Assembly (NCBI GenBank): GCA_965226885.1
Contig: CBDDEL010000015.1
Location: 320,001-384,000, forward strand
DNA from: Opitutales bacterium
Lineage (GTDB): Bacteria > Verrucomicrobiota > Verrucomicrobiia > Opitutales > UBA2987
Direction: 5' to 3'
DNA length: 64,000 nucleotides
Shown here: positions 62,733-64,000 of the stretch, piece after piece
Position numbering within the stretch: position 1 is the first letter of the stretch
How the letters are laid out: every line of letters starts with the position of its first letter
Made by a program: the position numbers and the translations under genes
Notes under the pieces: model-generated
Databases searched by the model: none
What the model saw: only the letters and a program-made list of their open reading frames with translations
What the model was told of the DNA's origin: nothing

Positions 62733-64000
62733 ATGTCTAAAAAATTCTCTTACTCCCTCTCTGCAATATTTCGCTACTCAATACTCTCTGCCTTGTTCCT
62801 GGCCTTAGCCACGTTCCTGCATGGGGCTGAATCCCCGCCAACTTTCGAACTTAAATGGGGCACTGAGGGCTCAGGCGACGGGCAGTTTAGTGCTCCAGGC
62901 GGCGTAGCAGTGGATAGTTCCGGTAATGTTTATGTGGCGGACATCCTCAACAACCGCATCCAGAAATTCGACAGCAGGGGCAACTTTCTCCTCAAGTGGG
63001 GGGCATACGGCTTCGGCGACGGGCAGTTTAGAGATCCCACCGATGTGGCAGTGGATAGTAGCGGTAACGTTTATGTGGTGGATAGAAACAACACCCGCAT
63101 CCAGAAATTTGACAGCAGCGGAAATTTCATTCTCACGTTTGGCGATTGCCCCGCCAATTCCAAATGCAACGCAGATGGGCAGTTGCATATTCCAACCGGC
63201 GTAGCGGTGGATAGTAGCGGTAATGTTTATGTGGCGGACACGAACAACCACCGCATCCAGAAATTCGACAGCAGCGGCAACTTTCTCTTCAAGTGGGGGG
63301 CATACGGTGGTGAAGGTGGTGTTACCTCCAATGGCAGCGGCGACGGGCAGTTTAGTGCTCCACAAGACGTTGCGGTGGATGGTTCCGGCAATGTTTATGT
63401 GGCGGAAAGTGGTAACAACCGCATCCAGAAATTCGATAGTAGCGGCAACTTTCTCCTCAAGTGGGGCACACCCGGCTTCGGCGACGGGCAATTCAACCAA
63501 CCAACCGGCGTTGCGGTGGATAGTTCCGGCAATGTTTATGTGGCGGATAAATACAACGACCGCATTCAGAAATTCGACAGCAACGGCAACTTTCTCTTCC
63601 CGTGGGGGACAAACGGCAGCAGCGATGGACAGTTTAGTGCTTCTCGCAGCGTGGCGGTGGATAGTTCCGGTAACGTCTATGTGGCGGATGAATTCAACGA
63701 CCGCATCCAGAAATTCTCTCAAATTACCATGGCAGACATCTTCGGTGGCGAATCCATTGCGGGCTTCCCTGGCTGGCGCGCTTCCTCATGGTTTATGAAC
63801 TACAACGTCGATTTTTGGCCGTGGATATACCACGACGAGCACGGCTGGCAGTTCCTTTTCGATGGCAGCACGGAGCAGGTTATCTACTTGTGGGATTTGG
63901 GCCTGGCAAATTGGATCTTCCTGAATGAAAGCAACTACCGTTGGCAATACCTATTCGGACCCGAACAAGGCTTTATTTTTACTTTCCCCGACAACACGCC
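62733..64000 (+). CDS. Secreted NHL-repeat (6-bladed) protein with Trp-rich C-terminal domain; runs off window end
   Basis: Hand translation: signal peptide, six 'GDGQF..P..VAVDSSGNVYVAD..N.RIQKF' repeats, then DIFGGE...WPWIYHDEHGWQF. Missing from the ORF track because no stop falls inside the window. Confidence 0.92.
   Translation, partial: MSKKFSYSLSAIFRYSILSALFLALATFLHGAESPPTFELKWGTEGSGDGQFSAPGGVAVDSSGNVYVADILNNRIQKFDSRGNFLLKWGAYGFGDGQFRDPTDVAVDSSGNVYVVDRNNTRIQKFDSSGNFILTFGDCPANSKCNADGQLHIPTGVAVDSSGNVYVADTNNHRIQKFDSSGNFLFKWGAYGGEGGVTSNGSGDGQFSAPQDVAVDGSGNVYVAESGNNRIQKFDSSGNFLLKWGTPGFGDGQFNQPTGVAVDSSGNVYVADKYNDRIQKFDSNGNFLFPWGTNGSSDGQFSASRSVAVDSSGNVYVADEFNDRIQKFSQITMADIFGGESIAGFPGWRASSWFMNYNVDFWPWIYHDEHGWQFLFDGSTEQVIYLWDLGLANWIFLNESNYRWQYLFGPEQGFIFTFPDNT

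Noticed and set aside
62850..63720. Regularly spaced near-identical DNA repeats resembling a CRISPR array
   Set aside because: They are in-frame NHL coding repeats with ~140-170 bp period; no cas genes.
62871..63722. 283-aa repetitive minus-strand ORF
   Set aside because: Antisense shadow of the NHL gene.
10031..63860. Diversity-generating retroelement TR/VR pair for the two Trp-rich copies
   Set aside because: Differences are mostly synonymous and not adenine-specific; no reverse transcriptase in the window.

Overview
Bacterial DNA, probably Verrucomicrobiota/Opitutales. That placement is an inference from the TonB-receptor N-terminus 'IELDPFVLT' and a Trp-rich 'WPWIYHDEHGW' C-terminal domain. 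The window is an IS-rich, partly decaying catabolic region. Mobile content: two IS3 copies, two IS5/ISNCY-like copies, two near-identical IS1380 copies (one nested inside an IS5-like copy), a second IS1380 remnant, a 67-bp IS3-derived mini-element, and a tRNA-Leu 3' att fragment next to a truncated integrase. The rest encodes about 40 sugar, amine and amino-acid catabolic, transport and surface proteins. These include two giant FG-GAP paralogs, a TBDR-PhyH-enolase-NSAR-M20-2xADC-Cu amine oxidase-sulfatase cluster, an IPTL-CTERM protein and an NHL-repeat protein. The most striking pattern is a window-wide set of more than 20 perfect head-to-tail duplications of 4-33 bp. They explain most frameshifted genes and distinguish otherwise near-identical IS copies. 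No CRISPR array, rRNA or intact tRNA was seen. All product calls come from motif recognition by eye, not database searches.
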